DNA of 63,965 nt, counting the filler, from Gonapodya sp. JEL0774 (taxonomy: Eukaryota): NCBI GenBank assembly GCA_027604505.1. It is 3 parts of 3 records of this genome, joined end to end, with 100 filler letters (N's around TTAATTAATTAA, not from the genome) between each part and the next. Parts side by side here need not be neighbours in the genome. Positions count along the whole stretch, not along the records: positions 46,304 to 63,965 come from JADIIX010000269.1; 2 more parts are not named here. The stretch is one strand, 5' to 3'. Shown here piece after piece: positions 51,306 through 63,965 of this stretch. Below the pieces are notes generated by a model. It saw only the letters and a program-made list of their open reading frames with translations, was not told the DNA's origin and did not search any database. The position numbers were made by a program, and so were the translations under genes. Within the stretch, counting starts at the first letter, position 1; every line of letters begins with the position of its first letter.

Positions 51306-52674
51306 CAATGGGGAAGAGGTCACAGGAGCTACCGGCGAGCTGTGCTTCACCAAGTCGTGGTAAAAACATCGCGGAACACGAACGCACATCCCATGCGATC
51401 GCCACACTGCCGACCATTCTCGCTCGAGCCTCGGTACTGATATCCCACCGTAGCACCATCTACGCTGAGTTTGCTTCGAGGCTTTCTAGATCGGGCCGTC
51501 CGCAGTTGGGCGAGAGTGTAATACGAGATCCAATCGCGCGAATTCGGGATGGGTTTGCAGGAACCGTGTTTGCAGTCAATGATGTGATCGAAGGGTGGGT
51601 CGCTGTCCCTGAAGCAGGGGGACTGGAGAGGGCAGTGCAGGTCATTGCGGGTCTCGCTGATGGAATGCAGGTGGCGCAAGAAAGCGGGTTGTCTGCGTTG
51701 TTCCCTGATTCAGTTTTGCGAGGGTCATGCCTTGGTGGTGGGGGTGGTTCGAGTGACTTTTTAGTGGACACGGGCGGTGTAGATCAGTAGACGGTGTTGG
51801 TGGAGTGTTCGTGCTGGACAGTTGAGAAACACTCCCAGCAGGATCCAAGTTAGGAGCAGCGTCAACAAAGCCATTGTCAGTGGAGGCGCAGCCACAGTTG
51901 TTGCTGGAACTCCATCCACAGATGATTCAAAAGGATCCAACTTTCGAAGTCTCTGCACGATTCGATTGATACCGTTTTCATTTTCATTCTCCTGAGAGTA
52001 AAGGTTGCCGATTGTCAAGATAGTTTCATTCAATTTGTTTCTCTTATTGCCTCCTTTGGGCTTCCCGCCCGGCTTGTTCGTCGATCCTGGCTTGGGACAC
52101 CGCTTGCCCTTCGTGAGCCAACTTTAGGCCACTGGCACAGTCGTAGAAGTGGTGAAGGGAATGAGAGATAGATGAAAGATATCCTAGACGAACTGTTCGA
52201 CGAGTGGGAAGCGGGATAATGTGGGGGAAGTGCTCGGACTTCGTTCGGCACTGAGATTGGGAAGCCGGGTCAGAGCACTGTGACGCCGAAAACACTACAT
52301 TTGCATCCCGCGTGCCTCACCTGAATGATTCATAGGGGTCGCTTCCTGAGAGAGAGCTCTCGGCTACGTTGGGGTTCCGAAATGTGACGCCTGATTGGGA
52401 TAACAAGCGAGAACGGGGTTCGGGATGAAAATGGCCATAGGGGGCTCGCGGAATTTGCGCCCAGTTGGATATTTACGGCAGAGCATCGGGAGATTAGATG
52501 CGTGCAGCTTCAGCGAAATTAATACAGGATGTTTCTGGTACTTTTAGTGCTCTCTTTCACCCGGGACTTCACATACTGCATCACGAGTGCAGGCAGTCCC
52601 CGCCACCCACAAATAATACTGACATAACTCTGAGGGATTTCTCTTTTCCATCACGTTGTGATATTTAAAACCAA

Positions 52675-55014
52675 ATGTTAGACCGTTTCTTCCAAGGAGG
52701 TGGCAAAAAACGAAAGCGCTCTTCGTCTGAGAAGGGATCGTCCCGCGCAACATCCAAATCTACCGCACCGTCACAGTTGTGGGAGGGTACTGATGAACTG
52801 GAGGATGATTCGAACATCGACAACTTGGTGCTGAGGGAGAATGACGAAGATGTCGACTCTGACGAAGATAACGAACGTGAAACTGCAGCGCAGAAGCGCC
52901 TCAGGATAGCAAAGGCGTACATTCGTCAAGTTGAGCAGGACGTGGCAGAAGCTGATGATGAGATAGATGCAGAAGCCATTGACCGCGAGCTCATAATGAC
53001 AAGGATGAAAGCAGACCTGGTTTGTGGAGTCATTGTGTGTTGTCACTCTCTTGCGTGGTGTCTCCATGTCGGAACCTGTCCATTCACATACTCAGATTAG
53101 CACATCACGGCGCTCCACCCTTCAAATTGCCGACAGAGTCTCGGATATGCTACCCCTCTCCTCTGCATCTGTGCGAACTCTTAAGGGGGGAGCGAAGCGA
53201 CACGAGCTTTCTATTACAGGAGTGTGCATCGCCAAGCCCTCAATTCAATCCGCACAACGACCGATGACCATCTTTGAGCCGTCAAAGAAGGAATCTCAGC
53301 CAGTCTATTTGTATTCATGCTCGAAGGATGCTGTCATTGTAAAATGGGACTTCTACACGGGAAAGAAGCTCGCATTTTTTGAGGGCGTACTGAAGCCAAC
53401 CAAGAGGTTGAGCCGCTCGTTGAAGAACATGAATCACCCTAAAGTCTTAGGCACCGGTCATTCGGATCAGATTCTGTGTATCGATGCGACAGATGATGGA
53501 TGTCATGTGGTAAGTTTGTTATTCGGAAATGTGCCAGAGCGATAATCGGAAAGTGGTCGTTTCTTCCTATTCCGAGTGAGGCTTTGAGCCCTACGACATA
53601 TGCTTTTTGTCGCATGGGAGTCGGCCTGCGTGTTTGCTATTCAAAGACGTACGATCATTCATTTCGGTATATCAACGACATAAACTTTGAGTCTGGATAC
53701 TTCGCTGGTCGAACTTTCAGAATTGTGTTTACGACATTATTGCAATCTGGTCACATTTTTGCACTCAGCGGGGGTGACGACTAGAAAAACTGACTGCCAG
53801 CATTCTCTTTTATCTCATTAAGGTCTCCGGTGGCCGCGATAAGATAATTTGCGTCTGGACTGTCGCCGATGACAAGCTCAAGGGAACACTGAAGCACCAC
53901 CGCGATGCTGTTTCTGTGGGTGGGAAAGCTTCTTCAATGTTGAAGTGAAAACGAAAGATTTCTGACAGGCAATTTTTCAAAGGCTTTGAACTTCCGGAAA
54001 GGACGGACAGAGCTTTACTCCGCATCATATGACAGGACTGTGAAGCTGTGGAATGTAGCGGAGATGTCGTACATTGACACATTGTGAGTCGTAGCGTGAA
54101 AGTGGTTCACTGACCCAAATGTAGCTTTTCTTCCCCTCATTGCGAATACGATCTCCAGGTTTGGTCACCAGGATCAAATCACCTCTCTTTCCGCGCTTCA
54201 CCGAGAGCGCTGTCTCACATCGGGTTCACGTGATCGAACAATGCGCCTGTGGAAGACAGCGGAGGAATCCCAACTCGTATACCGGGCGTCAGTGGGGGCT
54301 TCATTTGCCGAGCAGGGTGAAGATGCTGCGATGATTGCGAAAGTTGGGCGTAAGCGACGACGAATCAAAGAGGGCGAGCAGGGAGGAAGTTTGGACGTGG
54401 TGTGCATGCTTAATGAGGAACATTTTGTGACCGGCAGCGATTCTGGGTAAGTTGTATGTTCTTAGTTCGCAAGTTGTCACGTGAATATTGACCTCGATTA
54501 CTTGTCTGGTCGCAGGACTTTAAGTCTTTGGAACATAAACCGGAAGAAACCAGTGTTTACTATTCTCCACGCACATGGGTCGAAGCCTGGCAAGCTTCAA
54601 TCTGATTGCAACTGGATAACAGCACTTGCAAGTTTGCACTACTCGGATCTCTTTGCGTCAGGTAATAAATAGACCATTTGTTTGCTGATCCCAAAGCAAT
54701 GCTCATTCGAGTAACATTTACAAATCCCAGGTTCATGTGACAATGTCATCCGCCTTTGGAGAGTTGACCTCAACTTCACCTCATTCCGCTCCATCGGTAC
54801 AATTGAAATGCATGGTTTTATCAACGCTATGCAATTTTTTTATGCGCCTGATGTTCTTGAGAAACCTACCGGTGGGGCGAGTGCTCTGCATTTATTGGTT
54901 GGAACTGGAGCTGAACATCGGTTGGGAAGGTGGTGGAGCCTGAAGGCAGCGGACTTGGGTGTGAAAGGAGGTGTATTAAATGGTGTCCATGTTGTACGGT
55001 TGGGTGTTGTTTAG
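52675..55014 (+). CDS. RRP9: U3 snoRNP WD40 protein Rrp9
   Basis: ETAAQKRLRIAKAYI, YSCSKDAVIVKWD, LYSASYDRTVKLWN, YIDTLFGHQD, TSGSRDRTMRLWK, HFVTGSDSG, WITALASL and VGTGAEHRLGRWW. Confidence 0.96.
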
Positions 55015-55427
55015 TGTTGTGTCATAAATTTGCCTTTCAATTAAGATATTGCTCATAGTATGCACTCCCTCTAACTGCCGTGCACTCTCGGGTTTGCTTC
55101 GCATTCAAACAGGAATGATAGTGTTGGATCAACGTCTATTTGTGGACAATGAGAGTTCGTGAAGTGGAATATGACTTCTTTAATGTGTGATGTATTTGAA
55201 TCACTGATCGTGAACTACATTTCATCAGAATGCAAAATCTACGATTCTTGTTTCCATTCTCATTGGCAGATTTCAACCACCGTGTGGGCATATCCTCCCA
55301 GTACGCACTGAACTAAGACCGATCCTTACAGGTTGTTTACAGTTTACGACGGTAAACATGGCATGTGTCAGGTTACACTTCTGTGTCCATTCTGTAAAGG
55401 CACGGGCCACCACTTTTCCGCAACCAA

Positions 55428-58400
55428 TCAATCAAAACTCTGGTTCTGGGCTTTGACCAAATTGGTGATTTCTTTTCTGTCCTTTAGCCAGGTACTGAAT
55501 GCCACTCTTTCCCTCGTTCCTACTTCTCCTGCGCCTTGACTACTCACAGTGTCAAGGGTTGCCGCCGGCGCGGATCCAGTACCTCCTATACGTGATGCAG
55601 TAGCGCTTGAGGTGGAGGAATCCGATGTGTCATGTTGGAGAGGTGCGAGGAGCTGGTCACTCCCAACGGTATTATGATCACTTCCGTTCGAATCCGGCAA
55701 ATCGTCAAGAATAGCCCATTCTTCGAGGAGATATCCTGCAAAGCATACTAAAAAGAAGTAGCTGGGAAGGTAGGCACGCAACGATCTGGTGTTAGCCAAA
55801 TCTTCTTCATGCAATATCAGAGGACCACTGCAGCTAGTCTTCTCACCGAATCAAATAGTTCAGCCCAACCTCCATCGTGGCCTCCCACTTCTTACTTCTC
55901 ATTTCCATCGCTCCCAATTTGACCTTAAAATCGTATATTGCAGTCCTCAAGTTCTGCATGTGATCGCACAAGTCCACGGCCCTATCTGTCAATTGTTTGG
56001 CGATCCTACCGTAGGGCAATACGGCAATAAGCTGCATTACAATGCGGTATTCACCGTTGACATAACGACGGCGAGCAAGTTCGGATTCGGAATGGTTTGC
56101 ATCGGTTGCCGGTTCAGTGGGAGGGTTTATGTCCATCACGAGATGTTCGTTGCCAACAATCATTTCCATAAGGACAGCAGTTATCATACCGGTAGTGGTG
56201 CGGCCGCGTCTGATTGTGTTTACAAGCTCAAGCATGTCATGTGAGATAGTGCGGCGATGATTCCGAAATGTACATACCCCATCTGGCAATTGAATATTGG
56301 ATCCGCATTGTGACGCCTCTTCATGAGTCGATCCAATAAAATGTCGAATACGTCTGGGATCGGCGCTTGCTCGTCGGTGATCGGTACACGAAGATAATCG
56401 ATTTTGTATCCCTCGGCGACGACGGACTGGAAGAGCTCGAGAGGCGTTAAGATATCCTCCTCGCACACAGTCTCCCAGACAGGCTGCACGACAGGCGCAT
56501 CGATAAATGTGATGTAGGCATCGAACACACTCTCCAAAAGACATACCACAATTTCGAAACCCGAAGGCTTGACTTCTTCATCGTGAAGAAGTATTCTTCC
56601 TCCGTACTTCTTAATCTCCTGGATAAGGTCTCCTTTCATTCTTTCCTCCATCATCTCCACCCGTTCCTTTGCGATTCCCGTTGTTTCCAGATTCCGAGTT
56701 GCATCCCTCCAGTCCCTTAGCACAAATGGACGCAAGTCATCTTTGAAAGGGATGTAAATAACTGGCTCCTCCCGCATTGAGGTCCACAGGAGCCAGCGGG
56801 AACCGTTTTGGTCGGCATCGCATTTTCGAGCGATACGGCGGATCCCTTCCCTCGTGGGCATGGCCGTGCCAAACAATGTGGGATTAACAAGCGTCCAAAG
56901 GGGTTTTGGGGAGTGGGACAAATATGGCGGGGTACTTGGTGATGTTGGTATTGAGTTTGGACTTGATAGTGTTGCTACTCGAAGCGTCACAGTGGGTAGT
57001 TTGATGTTGTCGGTACCTGGAACCTGCATATCATAGGACTGTCGACGAGTGGATGATCGCCGTGGAGTTTTCCTGGGTTGCAAAAGCCCACTGTCTTTCT
57101 TCGTGGGGGTCGCTGGAACGCTGTTGCTCTCCAGTTTCACAGCACCAGGAGCAACTATCCCCTTTGCCGCCGCACTCGCTGGCGGGAAAACAACTCCTTG
57201 TATAACTTGCAGGGCTTGAGATCGAGCCATTGCTAGGTCGACTCGTCTGTAGTTTGGTGCACCATCAATTCGCTCAGGAAGAGTGAGCTTTTGAGCGCCC
57301 TGTTGATGCCCCGAAAGAATCAATCCGTGTCAAGGATCACAATTCCTTCGATATATGGTACTCACCGGAAATAGATCGGCCTTCACAATGGTCTGTGGTC
57401 CCAGAACCTGTCCGCATCGAGAGTTTACCACCTGCACAACTTCAGTGGTAAGTGCAACACCATCACCAGGTTTTAGGTGCTAAAACCAGCCCAGCTCAAT
57501 CGAGAGTAGCATTGCATAATTGTATCACTGAGACCACTTACGTCCACGGGGGTGATCACCGTCACAGATTCCGCTTGTAACAACTCATGATGCATCGTTT
57601 TAAGCTCCTTATGTCTGTCTACCCATGCTGAAAATGGTTCCAGCTCATCCAAGAGAGTTGGCTCTTGCTCGTTTAGATACGCCTGGAAGATTATAAGAAC
57701 AAAGTAGCGTCGAAGATGAATGACTCCCCGACGGACTAAGGGGTAGGAAGGCCATGGGGATTCGTTTCCTCCCACTCATTCACCGAACAGGTACCAGAAA
57801 TCATACATACCTGCTCTTCGCTTAGGAATGGCTTCCGTTTCTGTTTCCGCTTTCACTCTCCATTGGTTAATTGTATCACGCAAGTTGACGAACTGAGCAC
57901 AAGTGTCGATTGCATCATCAACGACCTGTTTGATTTCTAAGCCGTTTCGAATGACACGAAGAAGTGAGTGAATTATGGGATACGAATGGTGGCTAGCTTG
58001 CGTCGCCGATGGAACAGGCTTGGTTCCGTTCAACCAGTGAATCACAAGTGATGCCATCACAGTTCCTGTTGTGCTCCGACCCAGCCCAACTTGGCAGTTG
58101 AGCACAAATGCCACTTCGCGCAAGTCGGATGTCGCAATTAATCTGAGGATCATCTCAAAGTCGCCTATCTCAGGAGGATTCTCTGCCGTCACCGGAACTC
58201 TGTAGTAAGAGATGGGACACCCTTCTTCCTGTTGAAGTCTGGTGGCGACCTCGCGAGGTGTGAGAACATCATCGTCACGAACGTCTTCCCAGTGTGCCGA
58301 AATGGTTCCTTCAGGAGTCTCTCCATGTAGAAGTACTCGTCCTTCGTAAGTGTAAACCTCCTTAAGAACATCTTCTTTCAACTTCTCTTCGATGTTCTCC

Positions 58401-61400
58401 AGTCTTTGAGGATTGATTCCAGCATATGATCGAATGTTCCTGATCGTGAAATACTGATCTCTAAGAACGTAAGGAACAGAATTCACATATGCGAGAGGTT
58501 CTTCTCGTAAATTACTAGCGATTGAGTTAGTGTTTATGCGAGAAGAACAGTGCGGTCGTGTGGTATACGTACATCCATACAACCGAAGTGGGTTGGGTCG
58601 GATGGGTGGGATTGTCCGTTTTGAGAATTTTCTCAATTACGTTCTTCATGCCTTTGATGGTGGGCTGAGCAACACCATACAGGCTTCATCAAGTGAACGA
58701 CGGCGAATATGTGAGATCAAACTCTCAGGCTTATCGACAGTTAGGAAGTACCTCATTCCTCCGATTTTGCGGAAGTTGGCTGCTCCTTCAATAACCTCCC
58801 CTCCACTAGACACCCAATTCCCCCATTGATCGATTTTGAGAATCGTCTGACTTGTAAGAACACTCCCTGATCGACTTTTCGTTACAAAGTTCTCCAGCTC
58901 CATCCCAACTACCGCCGTCTCACTTGCCCGCCATCGGAACATGGAGAGAGGCCCACCGCCCAGTGAAGAGGGAGTAAGAATAGAAAGATCCTCCACGGGG
59001 CGAAATAGAAATAGCAGGCGACTTGGATTGTTTTTCCTCCTGATAGTCTCGAGAATAGACAGAATCTCTGACGATAGACGATGTGCCTGGTGTCGAGGAT
59101 TGATACTCTCATAATTGCAGGGCTGCTCACTCACCAGTTCGCCCTTTCATCCACTGCGAGAATGTTGCAATCCATTCCCAGTTCTTACTGTCCTGCTGTC
59201 TACCTCCGAAACATTCCGCCACATATCCGGCGAAAGCCAAAAGATAGAAGTATCGCTGAAAACATCCTACGGCATCTTCCAGCTCCTCTGCGTCTCCGTC
59301 TACGGCGTAACGCACTCGATGAACGAGCACCACCTCACGTAAATTGACGATCATATCGCAACGATCAATGATGGAATCCAGAGCACGCTTGGAGGCAGAG
59401 CCGTGTTCAAGCACGGACGCCAACTGCAAGATTGGGTGGTATTGACCAAGAACGGCAGCACGAAGATTGGACAACAGGGGTCCCGGTCTCGAAAGAGCAG
59501 ACTCAAGTGCCGATCCCCGATCCATCCTTCCTCTCAGAGCAGTTTCCAACACTGATACTAGCCTCAGAACAGCACGGGCCGATATCTCAGAACCCTCCAT
59601 GTCCACAAGAGGGTCGCGCTGGACAGCGGTCGGCAGAGCCGGTGTGGAAGTCCCAAAACTTCGAGGACGCAGAGGAACAGGTGATGATGAAAGAGAAGGA
59701 GTAGAAGGGCGGCGGGGGGACGGGGACGAGGACATTCCTGTGTGTGCTGGCTGATTGAAGTTCGTCCTTATAGAAAATGGGTCGGGAAGACCGACAGACA
59801 TAACTTGCTGACGACGAATGAGAAGAGCAACGACCATAGAAAAGGTAGCTAGTTGAAGTAAAGCGAGGAACGTGTCCGCACGCGTTGGATAGGCAAACGC
59901 GGAGAAGGATTCTTACTTCGCCCAGCGCCAACACCGCAATTGAACATGATTGGATCTTCCAACCTTGCGTCTTTCAATGCCGAAATGTATCCATCCAATG
60001 TGTCGTCACCAGGCGCCTAGCAATTCATGGCAATTTCGGTATGCAAGCTCCAATGAGATTTGCAAACAGGACCACTCCAGGTCATTGAACATTTCACCTT
60101 CTCAGGACTCATAGGCACTCGGACGTATTTCACTCGCCATCCTTGCTCCCGAAAACCGTCGAAGACTTCCCTCGGTGTTTTTACTTCAGACGCTGCAATC
60201 CAGCTCGGCACTACCTTTCCAGGCTCCACTTCATCGTGAGCCAGCACCACACCACCCCGCAACTGAGCTTCGCGGAGAATGTCCGCTTTAAGACGAAGCT
60301 CCAAGTGCTCGAGGCGAGCCGAAGAGATTCCGGAAAAGGTTGAGAGATTGACCAGCGGGCTTTGTGATGATCGAAGGCAAAATGGTTTGCTGTTCAGGTA
60401 GCAATGAGGTACCGATGTTCAGAATGCTGCGACCTCTAAGCCGTGCAAACTGAACCCAGCCACCCACCCATTCAAGTAGACGAGCGGCTCTTCTCTGGTA
60501 CTTAGCCAAAAACACGTCGGCTTCTCTATCTCCAAATCCTCGTGTACTTGCGGTAGTCCTTCACCACACTTACGAATTGATGAAGTTGGGAATGTATACA
60601 CAGTTCCACTTGGAGCACATCCCAGTAACGTTAAAACAGTTGCTACACCGCCAGTAGTAGGTTGCGCGGAACCAAAAATTCGAAGTTCCGTGGGCCGAAA
60701 ATTTGGCGCCCCTTGCAAATGGAAAGGAATGTAAGGGCTAGCAGCTTGAAATTCGCATCAAGCGTATAATTTAAATGAAGTACTACAAATAAATCGATTG
60801 ATACAAAGAAAATCGTCAACGAATCTCTCACCAGCGACAAAGTGGTCACTCTTGATAACCATCTCTCTGCTCAGAACAGTGCCAGAGCGGTTTTTCACAA
60901 CACTTTCCACTAAGGATAGAAACTGCGCTGGTTCCCAGAGCCACTGATGTAGGTTGTAATTGCGAGGTGGAAGAGCTGGGCCAGACGGTGCTAAAGGGCT
61001 GACCAATCCGGGGCTCGCGGGGCTTGAAGGTCTGACTTGGTCTAACACCCGGTAATATGGCGCAGCACTTTGCGTTGTTAGAACAACGCGGTCGCTGGGT
61101 CTATCTGGAGATGGGGATGCATCATTAACAGAGTCTGTCCGAAGTTGTGATCGTCCCGTTTGCCTGCCGATTTCCAAGGACCGACTAGGTACGAGCTTCG
61201 GGGAGGAACTATTAGAATGAGATGGAGAGGTGCTCATTGGAGAATACGTGAGAGTTTCCGGGAGGAGTGAGCGTGGAGAACTGCGGTTTGGTTTCGGAGT
61301 GGTCCCCTTGTCCCGGAGCTCAGACGAGTCGTCTGTTGATGGTGGGAACAGTGCTTCAAGCGAATTTAATGGTCCACTGTCTGCAACATCTTTTCGGATC

Positions 61401-61654
61401 CCGGAAAAGCTCGGAACACGAGCAGTGCGGGCGAAATCAAGCTGACGTGGGTTCTCATTGGGGCCTCCTGTGCTGACATCGCTAGAAACCGACGCGAGCA
61501 CTGATCGCCCATATTTCTCTCGATCTGTATTCAGAGCGCGTGATAGAAGTCCGGGCGTTTTCTGAGACGAAGTCGTCGTTGAGGTGTTCATCAAATTGAT
61601 CATTGAGCCATCACCCGAGCTGCTGCCACTTCGGTTTGGAGGATTAGAGGCCAT
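55428..61654 (-). CDS. Paladin-like protein with three PTP-like phytase repeats
   Basis: Repeated R.G.VL....I.K.D / GAPN(F/Y)R / REEP motifs and three CX5R loops: CGVGAGR, CQVGLGR and CQMGRGR (the first and third joined across introns). Confidence 0.93.
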
Positions 61655-62178
61655 ACCCCGCGAGAATTGCAGAAATGAACGTGTTTTATGGAGAGAACTC
61701 AGTTAGATTGGATGTTTTGGAGGACATGGGTTATTTATGACATTAATCAGACGCGCGCCGCCCTCCCCGGCCCCCGCAGATTCATGAACTTGTTTCGCTA
61801 CTCTTCGAGTCGCATTTAAAGGTAGCATTTTATAATCCCAATACTATTTGGTAAACTCGAAGCTCAGGTGAGTCTCTCTCAGTTCGTTTCTGTCTCGGTC
61901 TGTCTTCTCGCTGCTCCATATTGGATAGCTACATCCGAGAATCTGATGGCCTTGCAAACGCAGAAAGTGATGTTGATGAATGCAGCGCGCGAGGGGTAAC
62001 TTTACCGCCCCGAATTGTCTGCATCGTCGGCCTCCATGTTCTTCTCCTTCCTCTCCCCTTCTTTCCCCTCCCCCAAACACCACATGCCCATTCAAACAAA
62101 CACCCGCGCATATCAACCCCAAAACGTCAAAGGAGATCCCATCACGGCGACCCACCACTCAATTCAACGTCAAAACCA

Positions 62179-63393
62179 CTACGCACTTTGCGATGCCAAC
62201 ACCGCACTCTTTGTCAGATCCCAATACTGCACAGCGTTGTGCACCTCCAGAAGCTCCTTGACTTTTCCCTCTGTTGGACATTGATGTATCCGAAACCTCC
62301 TGAACTGCCGATCTTTCACCTCGCCTTCCCACATCAATTGACACTCGTTCTTCTTTGTAGTGCCGTCGGTGGCATCGCCTTCACCGGAAGGTTGCTCCGC
62401 TGGTGGTTTCGTAACATCGTCGTCACTGTCGCTGTTCTCGTCGTCCTGTGGGGCCTGTATGCGTGACCCCGACCAATCGATTCGTCTGAGCATAAGCTTT
62501 TTGTAGAATTTGATGGCCTTGGCGGTGCCTTCGACAACCACGAGACACTGGATGGGGGATCGGATGCCAATACCGGTGATTTGGAGTTGAGTGGCGTTCT
62601 GTTCAACTTTAAGTCGGTGAAGTTTACTTTCGAGGTCGTTTATTCTGGGGTAATGAGTGACGGGATTGCGCGAGCAGGTGAAGATGATGAATGAGAAAAC
62701 ATTCAGGTCACCATGGACTAAACAAGCAACCTCCGATAAGCCTTATCACAAGGCCTTCACTTTCGGTATAAACTAATCTCCCCATCACATCACTCTCCAC
62801 GTTCCCCGGTCTCCCGCCTCCCGCCTCGCTCCCACCACACCATCCCAACAACGACCAAACCGGCCACAACGAAAAACTCACCTAAACACCGCCACATGCA
62901 CCGTCGTCTTATCCGTCCCGATCAGCTTTGCAAGTTTCTTCTGCCTTCTCTCCACCTCGCCCAACTTCTTGGCCGCATTATGCTGCTTGTGTGCTTGCCG
63001 TCTGGCCTCCATCTGCTTCCTCACCTCTGCTTCCACCTTGGTCGGATCCTGGACGGCCTCGTTGCCCAACACGCGCATCATGTTGGAGATCCGAACTTTG
63101 GGCGGGTCGGGGGGCAAGAGACCCAAGCGGATCTGGTCCTGCTTTTCCCGTTGCCGTTCCATGCGGTTTTGTCGGCGAAGCTTCCGTTGTTCTTTTTTGG
63201 TGAGCATGAGGGGTTTCGGGGCCGTTGCTCCGGATTCCAATGGTGGTGGGAGCGGGACAGGATGTTGGATGTACACGGTGATGATGGATCCTTGGTCAGG
63301 GTCGAGTTTGAGGGAGTTTGTGTCGAGGTCGGCGTAGGTGCCGGTGGCAAGGAGGGGAACGTCCCACCATTCGACGTCGGGAGGTGGGTCACG
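62179..63393 (-). CDS. PRP3: U4/U6 snRNP protein Prp3, C-terminal portion; 5' exons not resolved
   Basis: RDPPPDVEWWD, IQHPVPLPPP, LTKKEQRKLRRQ, IRLGLLPPDPPKVRISNMMRVLG, EAVQDPTKVEAEVR, VVVEG..KAIKFYKKLMLRRIDW and NECQLMWEG. Confidence 0.95.
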
Positions 63394-63965
63394 CTGGCGT
63401 ACGCGATGGGGATTGGAGTGGGGTACGGGGGAAAATTCGCAGTGAGGTAATCGACAAAGAGCGAAATGAAACACTACCGTGATGGCATCACACTCCACCA
63501 CGCTACAAAGCTCCCCCTCTTCCTCATCCTCCAAACTCTAATGATCCTCTGCATCCATTTCTACACTATAACCCTCTCCTATGCCGAAAAACAAGTACAT
63601 GTGTTTCAAACCCTTCCCTCAATGAAGAATTCGAGACACGGCTTCCACCGCGAACCAACCCTTCCTCTAACCCTTACTCCCTCCCACTGTCTTTCGAAGA
63701 CGCGTCCACCAGACCAACACCATCATCGCTGTAGATCGCATCGAAACTCGACCTCCCCCCGGCCAAACGTCGCCCCCCCACTCTCCCCTCGACGCCGTTC
63801 CATCCTCCCCATCCCGCCGCCGACCCGGGGCCGCCCGGGGCCCCCCCCCGGCGGGGCCCACCCCACGGGGGGGGCCGGGGCCCCAGGCGGAGGTAGGAGT
63901 GGGGCGATCGTTGTGTCTGTGGTTTGAGGCACGGTATTCGTCCCAACGCCGCTTGAGCTTGAACT

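Noticed and set aside
51308..52033. 160-aa + ORF and short - ORFs next to the TE island
   Set aside because: May be a TE-truncated gene, but there is no recognisable homology and no consistent gene model or strand.

Overview
Gene-dense, intron-rich eukaryotic DNA from a fungus. The inferred lineage is early-diverging (chytrid/monoblepharid-like), based on homocitrate synthase together with a ROCK-type kinase, paladin and an S/TQ-rich UPF1. Two 100-nt N-gaps carrying a TTAATTAATTAA linker (23150-23249, 46204-46303) split the window into three contigs, so adjacency across them is unproven. Housekeeping genes: SWC4, NTF2, UPF1, TFC4, an AADAT/ARO8-type aminotransferase, an ECHDC3-like hydratase, homocitrate synthase, FAT1, RRP9, paladin-like and PRP3. 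Regulatory genes: a divergent cyclin, a ROCK-like kinase and a TALE homeobox gene. Other genes: a LysM protein, a bacterial-type cupin, two microproteins and three small secreted Cys proteins. Mobile elements: a TSD-flanked non-autonomous DNA transposon and a decayed copia + Harbinger nest. Most notable: (1) a ROCK-architecture kinase with an HR1-like module inside its split PH domain; (2) a C-rich/G-rich oscillation locked to splice sites; (3) an expanding secreted-protein family with a paralogous empty site for a transposon. Exon boundaries were read by eye, and family calls come from motif recognition, not database searches.
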